A DNA stretch of 48,649 nucleotides from Kondoa subrosea (lineage: Eukaryota). Each line of letters starts with the position of its first letter. The stretch's first letter is position 1. This document shows, one piece after another, positions 1 to 12,714 of the stretch. The position numbers and the translations under genes are program-made. Below the pieces are notes generated by a model. The model saw nothing but the letters and a program-made list of their open reading frames with translations. It did not search any database and was not told where the DNA came from. The stretch is taken from positions 248,001 to 296,649 of the forward strand of contig BCIN01000004.1 in NCBI GenBank assembly GCA_039545335.1. Reading direction: 5' to 3'.

Positions 1-1
1 C

Positions 2-670
2 ACTAAATCCAAGCGAGATCTCTTCGCTAAGTATACTACTCTGCTGAATGGATCACCTCTGGTTCTATTCTTTCGACCTAAACACCTTACAGCAGGTCAA
101 TTCAATTTATTCCGAGCAGAAGTGAAGAACCTTAGCCCGGATGAAGAGAATCCTTTATTGTCAATAACTCATTTACGAACAAATCTCTTACCTCCCCTCT
201 TACGCACTTTAACTTTACCAGCTTCTTTACTAAAACCAGAACTCAAAGGCGATTTAGCTGTACTCACTTTAAACGCACCTGAATTAGATCCACCTTTGCT
301 TAAAGCTTTCCTTAAAGTATTCGACAAACATACTAAACTTTTACGCAACGCTCAATTGGAGAAACGCAAGTATTTACCAAAATCAGATCAATCATCATCT
401 GGTGTTGCTCAACCTGAAAATCAATTGGAAATCTTGACTGCTATTTTAGAAAAAAGAAAAGAATTGTCTGCCAAGCAAGTTAGGGAGTTTGCTGATTTAC
501 CTGGATTGCAAGAGTTGAGAGGACAGATTGTTGGTTTGATTGAAACGCAAGCGAGGGAATTGGTTGGTGTGCTTGATAGAGCTAAAGGGAGTGAATTGGC
601 AATGGTTTTGGGTGAGAGAGTGAAGCAGTTGGAGTCGAAGAAGGGAGAGGAAGATGTGGTGAAGGCTTAG
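2..670 (+). CDS. MRPL11: Mitochondrial ribosomal protein uL10m (yeast Mrpl11-like), 5'-truncated by the window edge
   Basis: The frame is open from base 2 (TKSKRDLFAKYTTLLNGSPLVLFFRPKHLTAGQFNLFRAEV...). The C-terminal 'LPGLQELRGQIVGLIETQARELVGVL' resembles the L10 C-terminal helix. Confidence 0.75.
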   Translation, partial: TKSKRDLFAKYTTLLNGSPLVLFFRPKHLTAGQFNLFRAEVKNLSPDEENPLLSITHLRTNLLPPLLRTLTLPASLLKPELKGDLAVLTLNAPELDPPLLKAFLKVFDKHTKLLRNAQLEKRKYLPKSDQSSSGVAQPENQLEILTAILEKRKELSAKQVREFADLPGLQELRGQIVGLIETQARELVGVLDRAKGSELAMVLGERVKQLESKKGEEDVVKA

Positions 671-1096
671 AGCGGGGAGCGAATCATCGGTCGTAGGAAA
701 TTGGTCTTGCATGACCTCCTAGAGGTATGTTCTTCGATCGAGGAATCGACTCATAGTGCTGATATGCCTTTATCTCCTTTCGATCAGTCATGGGCCTTGT
801 TTTCTCGTCATCATCTTGCGTCCAACACAGGCAAAAGAAGATTGCTCACCTCCATTTGAATGTAAGGGAATGCTCATTTAGAGAAAATGGTTTGGAGCAG
901 AAGGGTCTCAAGGCACGCATGACGCACTGATCGCACAATGTATATACCAGCGGACGAGATGATTTTGACGAAACTCACTTTCGCCTTCACTTCAAGCTTG
1001 CCTTGTTTTGAACGATCACTGTGTATGAGCATTGTCTTTCGCTCTACTTCTCTCAGAATCATCAAATCGCGTATACTACCAGCCAAATCATTTCAT

Positions 1097-2588
1097 ATGT
1101 CGAGCACTACTTGGGTGCGTTTCATCATCGCATCATCGCGTTATACAGAATTCCAATCTCATCCTTTATGCGAACAGGAATTAGGGACAGCTAAGGTTAA
1201 TTCACCCACTATTGTGTCGAAAGGAGCTCTGTTGACGTATTGCAAGAGTAGATTCTGTCGCGAAAAGCATTGGACAGCTCGGAAGCGAAATGGTGAGCTC
1301 ATTCCATGTCATCTGATTCTTGCTTGTCTGAGTAATTCAATAGGTGAGATTCACGCGATGCAGTACCAGTGTGACATTGATGCTGAAGACAATGAAATCA
1401 CAGGGTTTCAATGGAAGCGCTCAATGTAAGTCTTCGCTCATGCAAACCTTTTCGCTCGATTAACAGTATATTCAGTGGGTAGATGAAGAAGGTCGACACG
1501 TAGGTACCTTCACTGTAACTCATTCTTCCTTCATTGGTTTCATGAAATAGCGAGTTTGGGAATCGACTTCCCGTAAGACGAGGAAAGGTTCAGGCATAGA
1601 TGGTTTGTTCCTTGTCTGCTTGTTGCTAGATTAGCTCAAGCAGATAGAATATAAACAGCCGTAGCGGTTCGTCGAGCTATTGCAGACTCAGATTCGGTTC
1701 TGATCTGTTGGTTCCATGTGAACAGATCTTCGCCTTGATCAAAGCGCCTAAAAAACCTTTGTCCACTGTATTGGTTATGCAATACAGGTACATCTCTAAA
1801 CCTGTCACGACTGCCGTGCTAAGCAAGGGAATATAGACCACCTGTGGACCGAATTTGCGTGGAAATGCCTGCTGGTTTAATTGACGAGGGTAAGCAGACT
1901 CATTTGTCGTGAGGACATCACTTAACAGGCCAAAAAAGGCGAATCGCCCGAAGAAGCAGCAGGTCAGCAGGTGTCGATCCGTCAGCCTACGATTTATGTT
2001 GAGTATTGTGCGCGTTGACAGTCCGCGAATTGAAGGAAGAAGTCGGCTATGAAAATGTCACTGTACACGAGAGCTCTGGCATGTCAGCCGGCGTCGATCA
2101 TCAGCATGTTCATCCGCTGATAAAGATGCCGAACTTGACAGGATTGTTACGTATGTTTCGCACTCGCTTACAGTCATCATACTCAATCGTTTCGTCAAAG
2201 TGATCCGGGAATGAGCAACGTCAATATGTCCCTCGTCACAATCAATGTAGATGTCAAAGAAGACGAACCAGAACCAGAACAGAAGCTTGATTCAGGAGAG
2301 CATATCGTCAAACGCTTAGTACCAGTTAAAGGTGAGCGAAGCTATAACATGATTCCAGGCTTGCTTGACATGTACGGTAGATTTGCTCAAAGTCCTCAAA
2401 GGTCAGTCTCCAAAGCTATTAATGACGCATAAATTGATGTCTGCGCAGAGTACAACCAGAAAGAGAGTGAGTTGTTCGGTTGATCAGGATTTGCGCATCT
2501 AATGGTATCAATTGCAGACTACGCGGTCGATGCGCGCCTATGGCATTTGGCTCAAGGCCTCGATTTGGGTGCATCTATGCTTAAATGA
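1097..2588 (+). CDS. YSA1: Nudix hydrolase, ADP-ribose pyrophosphatase (Ysa1/NUDT5 family), with many small exons
   Basis: Manual splicing gives MSSTTWELGTAKILSRKALDSSEAKWVSMEALNWVDEEGRHRVWESTSRKTRKGSGID...[37 protein letters not shown] (Nudix box)...DPGMSN...YAVDARLWHLAQG. Confidence 0.9.
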
Positions 2589-2689
2589 ATGCTTGCACCG
2601 AGAAAGGAGACTTCAGCAGATGTGTATAGTAATGAGGGTATGCTGCAATGCAAGAGATACTACGTAAGCTAAACGAAAATGTGCACAAC

Positions 2690-5447
2690 TCATTCCTCTA
2701 TGCCATTCCAGATCGATTTCTCCTCATCTTTTTGGTTATTTTCTTTCTCAGCTGGAGCAGCTTTCTTCACCTTCTGCTTTCGAGCTTTTGCATCGCCATG
2801 AGCATTACTTTGAGTTGTTCCGATGAATTTGGCATGACCTGTGAAGCAGTAAGCAACCAGGAAGTAGCCTAGAGCAAATCGACATTGACTCACTTGTCTT
2901 CTCCAGCATCGAATCGGCGAACTTTGCTTGTCCTCCTACACCTGCTGTGATGTACTTTGCCGAAATACCATGTCGCATCAAAGGTCTGGCTAATTCTTGA
3001 GCAAGTTCAGCTTTCAAAGCAGCTACTTTGCCTTTCGACTTTGCGTTGCCTAGATTGCCACGTTCATCATCCGAGCTAAAGGCACATCAGCAAAAGTCCG
3101 GTCAGCATTGACGCAAGCTTACTCTAAATTATCAAGATCAAGCTCCATGGCTTCTGCAGCTTCTCGCAGCCACTTCTCCTCGTGATTGGCTTTCCTGACT
3201 TTGTGATTTGCATTCTCAATTTGTCTTGCAAGATCAATACGTTTCTTCAGTCGATCCATAATGCTCCATTCCACAGGCAATTCGCCGAGATCCTTGACAT
3301 CTAGGATTTACACCAATACTTTAACCATGTGCTTCAAGGAACCTTGAAGCCTGAGGACATACCTCTACCAAGACTGTTGAACAATTCTCGCTGTAGACCT
3401 TTCTCTTCTGGCGAGACCAACTGAAGCGAAACACCTTCTCTACCCGCTCGAGCCGTACGACCGCTTCTGTGAATGTACGTGTCTGCCGTTCTTGGTAATT
3501 GATAATGCACAACATGATGCACGGAAGCGATATCCAAACCTCTTGCGGCTACATCAGTACAAAGCAAGACGCTAGTTGGGGAAGTTGAATTGGTGAACCG
3601 ATCCAAAGCTTTCAAACGAGCTTTCTGTTGCATTCCTGAGTGTAAGAGACCGACTTCGCCTAAGTTGAGAACGGAGATGAGTGGGTGAAGTCGACGAATA
3701 CCGTCAATGCTGGAAAGGAAGACTAGTGTTTTGCCAGGATAGCGAAGGAGAAAGTAATAGAGATGCATGTCCTGAAAGGCGGATTATTACACGGCGACAA
3801 ATAATGCCGAGGCGGGACTAACCTTTTCGGTCATGAGACATTCGATACTACATTCTTTCAAGGAAGAAATTGTTGAACCAGCTTCAATGAGATTGATGAT
3901 TTCCGGCTCAGGGTCACGAAAGTCGACAGTGTCCATTAAGTCACCTGCCAACAGAGTTCAGTTTTGCATTGTCAACGCCTGTTTCAGGGCGCACCTAGAG
4001 CACCCATGGTTCCCTTTTGGCCAGGCTTTATCTTCGCTCGCTTATGTCTAGGTTTCTTCAGGTTTTTCTGCAATTCTTTGCTCATAGTTGCAGAAAAGAC
4101 ATAAGTCCTCAATTCGTTCTTATTTGGCTTGACATCTTCTTCTTCAACTTCATCCTCTGCTGCAACAGCTTCGCCAAAATCATTTTTGAAAACATCAGCT
4201 TCCCTGTTAGCCAAAAGCGTTCTCTAAGCTGCATCCAGCAGCTAGAAGCCAACTTTGACCAACCTTTTCAGCAAACGGAACACTTTCTCCAATTCGGCAA
4301 AATGACCGCTTTCGACCATTCTATCCGCTTCATCAAGAACCAAGAACCTAATCCCTTTGATTTGTTCGCCAAGTCCATTGGAATCCGTATCTTCTTCAAT
4401 CAAATCCCATAATCGACCAGGAGTAGCCACCAATATATCCACACCATATCCAATTTGTCTTCTTTGTTTATGAATTGACATGCCACCAGTTATAGCTAAA
4501 ATATTAATTGGTGCTCTTTTACTTTTCGCTTCTTCTGGGTTTAAAGAAGCAGCTAAAAAAGTAACTAGATGAGCTTTGACTTGTAATGCTAATTCTCTTG
4601 TTGGTGTTAAAATGAGTGATTTCAAACCAGGACCAGGGTTGGTTAAACAGGATTGTAAGATAGGTAAACCGTAAGCTAAAGTTTTACCAGAACCGGTTTG
4701 AGCTATACCGATTATATCTCTTGCTTCTATTGATCTCGAAGTAGAAGAGAAAGCAGTAGACCAAGTGGAAGATTGAATAGGTGTTGGTTTTGTGAAATTG
4801 AGGGAGAGGAAAGCGTGCTTGAATGGTAGCATGAATGGTAAAGATGCTACTTCAGGGGAGCAATTTTCCGGGAGAGGCAGTTCGTTCATAGATGCTATGA
4901 TCGGATCGGGAGTTGTGAGCTGTTCTGCAGATTCGTGTTCAAGAGGTTCCGTGGGAAGTTGCGAGATAGAAGCAGGTACCCATTCTTCTTCTGCTTCCTC
5001 TTGTGGAACAAATGCATCCTTCTCAGCCTGGTCTTTATTTTGAGGAGTCAATTCCGTTTGATTGTTAACAGAGGCAGATATATCTTCTTTTTCCTCTTGA
5101 TCGAAAGCAGACACAAAGGTATCGTCGACTTCCGAAGCTCCTTCAGCATCGTTTGCTTCACTTTGTGAGCCAATCAAAGCCAGATCTTCGTCTACCATAA
5201 ACTTGACTGTTTTCCCATCTTCGCCGTAAGCTACAGTAACACCTTCAAGCTCTTCCATTTCCATCAAGCCGCCCATCTCATCATCCGAAAATCCCTCGCC
5301 TATAGCTAGACTGTTCAATGCATTCTGAGTTGAGATCTTCTTCCAAGGTAAACTGCTCGCTTGAACAGAGACTCGTTGTCTCTTCTGACTAGATCCATTA
5401 CTACTACTACGGGAAGCCTTGGATCGCTTTCGCTTAGTGGCCAGCAT
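2690..5447 (-). CDS. MAK5: DEAD-box RNA helicase Mak5/DDX24 (60S biogenesis), multi-exon
   Basis: Q motif (PTPIQ), [26 protein letters not shown] and HRSGRTAR are present. The Mak5-type N-terminus reads 'LPWKKI...[12 protein letters not shown]'. Confidence 0.9.
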
Positions 5448-5619
5448 AGCAGACTGTTGTAGCAGGTTAAGGAGCAAGTTTTTATTTTTCTACTTTGTTC
5501 AGTTTCGTCCATCGCATATACCCGTTCTTGGTTCTGGAGCATACTCCTTCGCTGTATATCCCAAGCCAGACTGTGTGTGGCTGACAGGATTCCCCTTTCA
5601 CTTCTTTGGACATCCTTCA

Positions 5620-8600
5620 ATGCTTCGATCTTTGAATGCATTCAAACGATCTTTTGTATCTTCACGTTTCCGCACAGCTTCAACAGCCGCAACAACGTCA
5701 ACATCATCAAACAATGGATCCTCTCAATTCAGACCCATGGGCAGCATTCTGCCTTTGCCAATGCAACCTACCAGTACAATGACACCTTTTGCTCAACATG
5801 CAGCTTACCCTTCTTCTTTCTTGGCTGAACAAATTGCAATCTTGTCTGCTTGCTTAGCTGGCGGCCATTTGGCAAGAGCAAAGAATTTGTGGGATCGCTT
5901 AAGGAGAACTTATTCTGAAGAAGTGCAGACTCCAACATCTGAAGATCCAGCTGCTGGAATAGCAACATTGAAATTTCATCAGATCGTTCCTCCTTCAGTT
6001 CATGCTTCTTTTCTTCGAGCTTTCTACAGAGACGCTTTGAATTCAAGAAGTAGGACATCTCGTACAGTCAGAGATGCTTGGGAATGGTGGGATATGATAG
6101 TTAGAGAAGGAGATGATGTAGGATATCCTCAAGCTGAAGCTTTTGCTGTCATGCTCAAAGGAGCTGTGTCGTGCGTTTATTACAAGTCTCCTCCGACAAA
6201 GCTTGACAAGTCTGGCTTATGCAGGACAATCAAAGAAGATGTCACTTTAGTGGACCAGAGAGAGAAGATAGCAGCTTTGGTCTCCCTTCTGCCTACTTAC
6301 GATCTTACCCTTTCTTTGATTCTGTCCAATCCAATCTTCAGCTCTTCAGCTCCAGCTGCTCTTGGTCCAGTCAGCGCTGACGAAGTATTAGATTATCTGG
6401 ATACCATTACGATTGTTACTGGCCTCGAAACCAATCTTACAAGTCAAGCTCGTGGCCAACTTTATGAGCTCGAAAAACCAATAGAGCCAGATCAAGCAGT
6501 CAACACCACCGCCGCGGAACCAACTGTCGATCCCTTACTGAATGTTCCTCTTCTGTCGCCCACAATGAAGCCAGCTCCCTCCAATGCAACAGATCAGACT
6601 CAAGATGATCTACCAAATCTAGAACCTACTATTCCTGGTCGACTCGATTCTTTGCGATCGCATTTAACTTCTATAACAAGCCAAAGAACCTCTTTAACTG
6701 ATCCACAACTTCGACAAAGGTTTCTGGAAGAATCGGCTTACGATGCAGCAAGGTTACAATCCGAAAACGAAATCTTGACAATGAAAGCCAATTCAAATGT
6801 GGATATCACTTTAGCTTTAGCTCAAGACGATGTCAAATCCCTCATGTTTCGATGGACGAACGGTTTAAAAGCCAAATTGGATGAACTTGTTGATCCTGAA
6901 AAAAATCCTGGTCGAATCGTCAATCTCAATTCCTTTCGAGCTTCTAATTCACTTATTGAAGCTCAATTCTTATCTTTGGTACCTACTGAAAAAGCAGCTT
7001 ACTTAACCGTTGCTGAAATACTAAGGATGCAAGGTTTAGGACCAGTACATGAAGGTACTACTATTGCTTCAGCTTGTGTTAACGTTGGTAAAGCAATGGA
7101 AAGAGAATATCAAGCTCAAGAAATCATGAAAAGAGATAAAGATCGATACAAAAGAAATATGGAACTAGCTAAATTAGGCATGTTAGGTACTGGTGGTCAA
7201 TATGCTGAATTGGGTAGAATGTGGAAAAAGGAGTTGGGAAAGAAAGAAGAGGAAGATAAAGCTGCTTCGGATTTGGAAACTTGGACTCATGTCATTCGAG
7301 TTCGGATTGGCGCTGCTCTGATTTCAGCTTTGATTGATACGGCTACCATCACTCGTAAAGTTACTAAGATGGAGAAGGACGAATTTGGACAAGAGCACCC
7401 TGTGGTCCAGTACGTGTTTGAGAGTGGTGTGAAAACGTTGATGATCTAATTTTGCATCATCAGTTCTGAACAGCAACCTGCTTTTATGCATTCGTATCAA
7501 TACGTTCGAGGTACCAAGCTGGGCGTAATCAAGTGCAACACTGCTCTCATTGAACGTCTCGACCGAGATCCCTTAAGGGTCATTATACACCCCCGACAAC
7601 TTCCCATGATCATCCGACCACGGATCTGGACTGATTGGAATTCTGGGTGCTATATCGTTCATCGCAGTACGTTCAAAAATCTGCATGGATTGAAACGACA
7701 TTGATTTAGTATGTGATCAGCTGAAGTCATGCGCATCCGAGACTGTCCAGAACAGCTACAACATATCAAGAAAGCTTCGGAAAACAGAGAACTGGATTCG
7801 GTTTTTGCTGCACTTGATGTCCTTGGTTCTACAGCTTGGTCCATCAATCGCCGGATATACGATGTTGTCAGTGAAGTGTGGAATCGAGGCGAAGACATAG
7901 GTGGAATGCCAATCAAGGATCCTCTGCTCACTATTCCAGACCCACCCCGACCTTCTAACGTCGAAACTGATCAAGTTGCTCGAACGGACTACCGGAGAAG
8001 AATGAAAGAAACTGAACTGCACAGAAGAAATCAGCATGCCGACAGGTGCACCATCAACTATAAATTAGAGATAGCCAGAGCAGTCAGTGTCGTTCAATCT
8101 TGCTTTAGTCTGGCTGATTTGCGCACAGTATCTTGGCGAGACCTTCTACTTCCCACACAACGTCGATTTTCGAGGCAGGACGTATCCTATTCCTTCTCAT
8201 CTGTCCCATATCGGAGACGACATCTCTCGTGGTCTACTACAATTCGCTGAAGCCAAAACCCTGGGTGTATCCGGTCTCAAATGGCTGAAGGTCCATCTAG
8301 CCAATACATATGGGTACGACAAGCAAAGCTTGGATGATCGAGAGCTTTTTGCTACAAATCACCTCGAAGATATAGCTGATTCTGCCGAGAGCCCTCTCGA
8401 AGTAAATGAAATTTTTTTCGAACATAAATCTTGTTCTGACTTGATTCACCAGGGAAAACGCTGGTGGCTGAGCGCAGAGGATCCTTGGCAATGTCTTGCG
8501 GCCTGCATTGAATTGACAGAGGCACTAAAACTCTCTGATCCTACGTCTTTCAAGTCACAATTGCCAATTCATCAAGACGGCACTTGCAATGGTTTACAAC

Positions 8601-10052
8601 ATTATGCTGCTCTTGGCGGTGATACTCTTGGTGCGAAGGCGGTCAATTTAATCGGTGGCGACAAGCCGTCTGATGTCTATGGCAATGTTGCGCAACTGGT
8701 CTCAGCATTGGTCGATCAAGATGCTCAAAAAGATAATCGCGTGGCTAAACTTTTGGTCGGCCGCATCACACGTAAGCTTGTCAAGCAGACAGTCATGACC
8801 ACTGTATATGGTAAGTAACGATCGTCTGATTCTTTGGCCTACCCTTAAAATTGCCTAGGGGTCACATTCATCGGCGCCAAAAGAATGATTGCAAAGCAGT
8901 TACGAGAAAATACCATAGTACCAAGAGAAGATCAGTATGCAGCTGCCACATACCTGACGCACAAGGTAATCTTCTTCATCTGGTATTCGTTCTTCGTTTA
9001 CTCTTGAGCAGGTCCTGGGCAGTATTGGTGATCTATTTGCGGGTGCCGCGAGAATTCAAAAATGGTTCAGTCATGCTGCCAAGTTAATTACAAAATCTTC
9101 TCCCGCCAATCGATTTGGAGCAGACTCCATGCCCGCACGCATGACCTCTGTAATATGGACAACTCCGTTGGGACTTCCGGTTGTACAACCATATCGCAAG
9201 CCCATCAGGAAACAGGTCAGCCAAAGCAATGATTTACGCTGGGATTCGGGAGAGCTGATCTGTGAAATATAAGATTACAACAGCACTTCAATCTATATAT
9301 CTGGAAGACCCCAGTATTCCTTCGCCAGTCGATCCCTCTGCGCAAGCGTCGGCTTTCCCTCCAAATTTCGTGCATTCACTTGACGCGACACATATGATGA
9401 TGACCGCTGTCAATTGCAAAGTTCGTTATCTTTCCGATTCAAGCCTGAAAGTATCTCATTTCTGGATATTAGAAAGAGAACATCAGCTTTGCTTCCGTAC
9501 ATGATTCCTTCTGGACGCATCCTTCCGATGTGGACAGAATGAATACGGTGCTGCGACAAGCTTTTGTCGATCTCCATTCTGAACCAATCTTAGAGAATCT
9601 TCGCTCCGAAGTGAGTTGCAGCCAGTCTATCCAAATCAATAGTGTTTTGACTTTTGGGATAGATGTTGAAGCGTTACTCTGGATATCGGATACCCATAGT
9701 TACTCTGCCCAGAGCGGACAGGGTAGCATTAGGCCTTCTCAAGATCAGACCGAGGAGACGAAGCTCTAAGACCAAGGCTACATTATCATCCGACGTGGAC
9801 GAAGCAGACGACACTGATACCGGTACAGACATGGATATACCTTTTGCTGCATCTAAGACGGAAGACTTGGAGCTGGAGCTGGACGAAGAACAACTTGCTC
9901 GCTTACGACCGCAAATTGCAGGACAAGAACTGCTGTCGTCTGACCCAGCCCTCAAGAATACAGTTTTGCTTAGCGATATCTTACCTCGAATTCCAGCTCG
10001 TGGAGACTTTGATGTTACTGAAGTTACCAAATCTCAGTATTTCTTTTCGTGA
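5620..10052 (+). CDS. RPO41: Mitochondrial DNA-directed RNA polymerase (T7-like single subunit), multi-exon
   Basis: Motifs [55 protein letters not shown] and C-terminal YFFS are present. The N-terminus is an Arg/Ser-rich presequence. Confidence 0.96.
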
Positions 10053-10299
10053 CCGGTTGACCAAGACATATATTGTAAGCTTGTAGAACCTAAACTAACG
10101 CAAAGGCTGATCATACTGTAGTCGCATTGTGTATACCTTACATCTGAAAATCATTGTAAAAGAGTGTACAGACATAGATGCATCAAACACCCCTATCATT
10201 GGACTATTTCATTGCTATTTACAGTCGAGCGAACTCCGAACCTCCTCTAACCGCCTTAACCCAAAATTCGAGGACCACGATTTACAGAGTATAGCCTCC

Positions 10300-12714
10300 C
10301 TATAGAGCGCGCCTAAACCCTCTTTTGAAACTGCCTTTGCTGAAAGAAGACCTAGACTTGGACAAAGCGCTGATCGGAGAATCAGAGTCCGAGACAGACC
10401 CTAGAAGCAAAGCAACATACCGCTTTACATAGATGTCAACGCAGCCGGAAATATCATCTTGATTGTAGACCCAACGATATGAAGTAAACTTCGAACGGCA
10501 TTGGCAGGAGTCGTTGACATTCAGTACTCCAGATAGATCATTGCTGTTACATTCTTGGCAACCCAATTCCGGATGCAGAGGATCTATGCCGCTATATTCG
10601 TCACAGACATTGCATGCTTTAGTGATTGAATCTATGACATACTGAGCAATGTTCCTGTGAGCTAGCAGTAACACTCACTGGTACCCAAGAGACAGCCATC
10701 AACGCAGCCATCGCCCGCATCATTGACAATTTGTCCCATTGAACATGAGACGCATTTGTTAGTAGCGGGAGAAGTAAAGCCGCCGTTGCAGTCTTCACAA
10801 TGCACGTTATCTGATGTTCTACCGAATCCAGCAGGGCAAATACAGCCTCCAGAGACAAGATTTGTTGGCACGCCGCGTGATTGGCAAAGAGGTAGACAAG
10901 TTGAGCGATCTTTCTTGAATCCGGTCGGCGCTGAAAAGGTCAAGGGCATCAAAACAAGCTCTTTGCTCGATATGTATCACAAAGCGCACCTGTGCAGGCC
11001 GTACAGCCTAGATTATTTGAGTTGATGACTGCTTGATCACTGCAAGTGCATCCTCCGCCATCATCTGCGATCATCACATCAGATATGAGTGATCGATGGC
11101 AATGAGGGACCTCACTCTGAGATGATCCAGGTGTGGACAGATCACAAGTGGGAACACAAGCAGTGCCCATCGAGTTGAGTTGAGTACCAGTTGGACAATC
11201 CTTGCAACCACCAGCTTCATCTGATGCATCAGAAAGACAGTCAATGAGTAACAGTTCTTTTCTGGGTACATGAGGGAGATTGCCCACCTTGATTCTGAAC
11301 ACCACCACTGGAAGTATCGCATTTCTTGATGCACTTGTTGTTAGTTGTAGAAGTTATGAACCCTGCTGCTGCGTCACATTGCTCGCAGTGCAGATTATCT
11401 GAAGTTCTTCCTGAGTTGTTCGGGCATATACAGCCACCGTTAACGTAATCTGAAGGAACGCCAGGTGTTTGACAGAGCTTCAAACAGGTTGAGGCATCTC
11501 TCTTGAATTGGAGTGGTGCTTTTGATCGAAGAAGCGTTAGTTCGTTTGTCATTCCAAAAGGCAAGTACGAACCTAAGCAGGCTGTACAGCCTAGATTATT
11601 TGAGTTGATCACTGCTTCATCATTGCAGGTGCATCCCCCAGTATCACCTGCATCATCACATCAGATATTATACTGACGAAAGGCAATGGCGAATCTCACT
11701 TTGAGATGATCCAGGTGTGGACAGATCGCAGGAAGCTACACAAACGCCTTTTGAGTTGAGGTATGTATCGCCACCGCATGTCTGTATCAGGTCAATTTTA
11801 CCATAAGGCAGTCTTGCGCAGCAGCAACTCACACAGACCGAGGAACCCGGAACTCTATTCGATCCCACGGGGCATTTTTCAACGCACTGATCACCGAACT
11901 AAGAGAACCAAGCATGAGAAAACAGTCTATCGCAAGTATTTGTGACTTACAAGAACTTCTTTATTGCCAACACATACGCAGGAATAGCTGAGTGGGTCAT
12001 AAGTGAAGCCTTTGGTGCACGTATCGGTACAGGTGGTCTTCCCGGGCACCTGTTAGGCATTGATTGGACAGTGAGCTTTGTCCATTTATATACATACCAA
12101 AAGCCTACCCTCTTTTGGCCCGATGGGCATTTTTCGACGCACTGATCGCCAAACTAGTCCCATATGCGAGCATCAGAACACAAATCTGATAACGATGTTT
12201 CTGACTCACGAGAACTTCTTTACCGCTACCGCAAACGCATGAGTTGCTGATTGGGTCATAGGTGAAACCGTTGGTGCAAGTGTCTGTGCAAGTCGTCTTT
12301 CCGGGATCCTGTTAGACAATCAGAGTACAATTAGCACTATCGATCTATATGTGCTAAATGCCTTACCCTCTTCTTTCCCTCTGGGCATTTGTCCACGCAA
12401 AGGTCACCGAAAAGTAGATCTTGAGTTGGCAGACACTGGATTACACACATTCCATCTACACATTGTTTCCCACCAGAACAAGGTAAATGTATGCTGCATT
12501 CAGCTGAAGAACGTGGTCGAAGTGCTCGAGCTGTTTTGGCGGAAGATCTTGATTTTGGATTATATTGCGCTCGTTTAATTCTTTCATAATCAAAAGTAGA
12601 TTTCTTGAGCAGAGAGTTGGATCGTTTGTTGAGATTACCGGTAAGGAAAGTACCGCCAAGAACTTGATAGCAGAGATTGAGAAGGATAATCTTGCATAAA
12701 AGAGTCTTCATCAT
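10300..12714 (-). CDS. Secreted cysteine-rich repeat protein of unknown function, about 11 exons
   Basis: Signal peptide MMKTLLCKIILLNLCYQVLG, KR dibasic sites, repeated CxxxC/CxC modules joined in frame across GT-AG introns, and a basic C-terminal tail. Confidence 0.8.
10740..11735 (-). repeat. Internal tandem duplication B (~585 bp period, 2 copies, introns included)
   Basis: 'gtacagcctagattatttgagttgat' occurs near 11001 and 11584. 'gagatgatccaggtgtggacagatc' occurs near 11119 and 11703. Both copies encode CDLSTPGSSQ...INSNNLGCTAC...GGCICP...GRTSDNxHCE. Confidence 0.9.
11866..12412 (-). repeat. Internal tandem duplication A (~256 bp period, about 2.3 copies)
   Basis: 'gggcattt..c.acgca...tc.cc.aa' recurs near 11869, 12125 and 12383. 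It encodes FGDxCVxKCP...PGKTTCTDTCTxGFTYDP. Confidence 0.85.

Noticed and set aside
5620..10052. T7-like RNA polymerase as a possible phage or plasmid insertion
   Set aside because: It has spliceosomal introns and a mitochondrial presequence, so it is the normal nuclear RPO41.
11866..12412. Regularly spaced ~30-bp repeats resembling a CRISPR array
   Set aside because: The repeats are degenerate, have a ~256-bp period and encode Cys modules in a eukaryotic gene.
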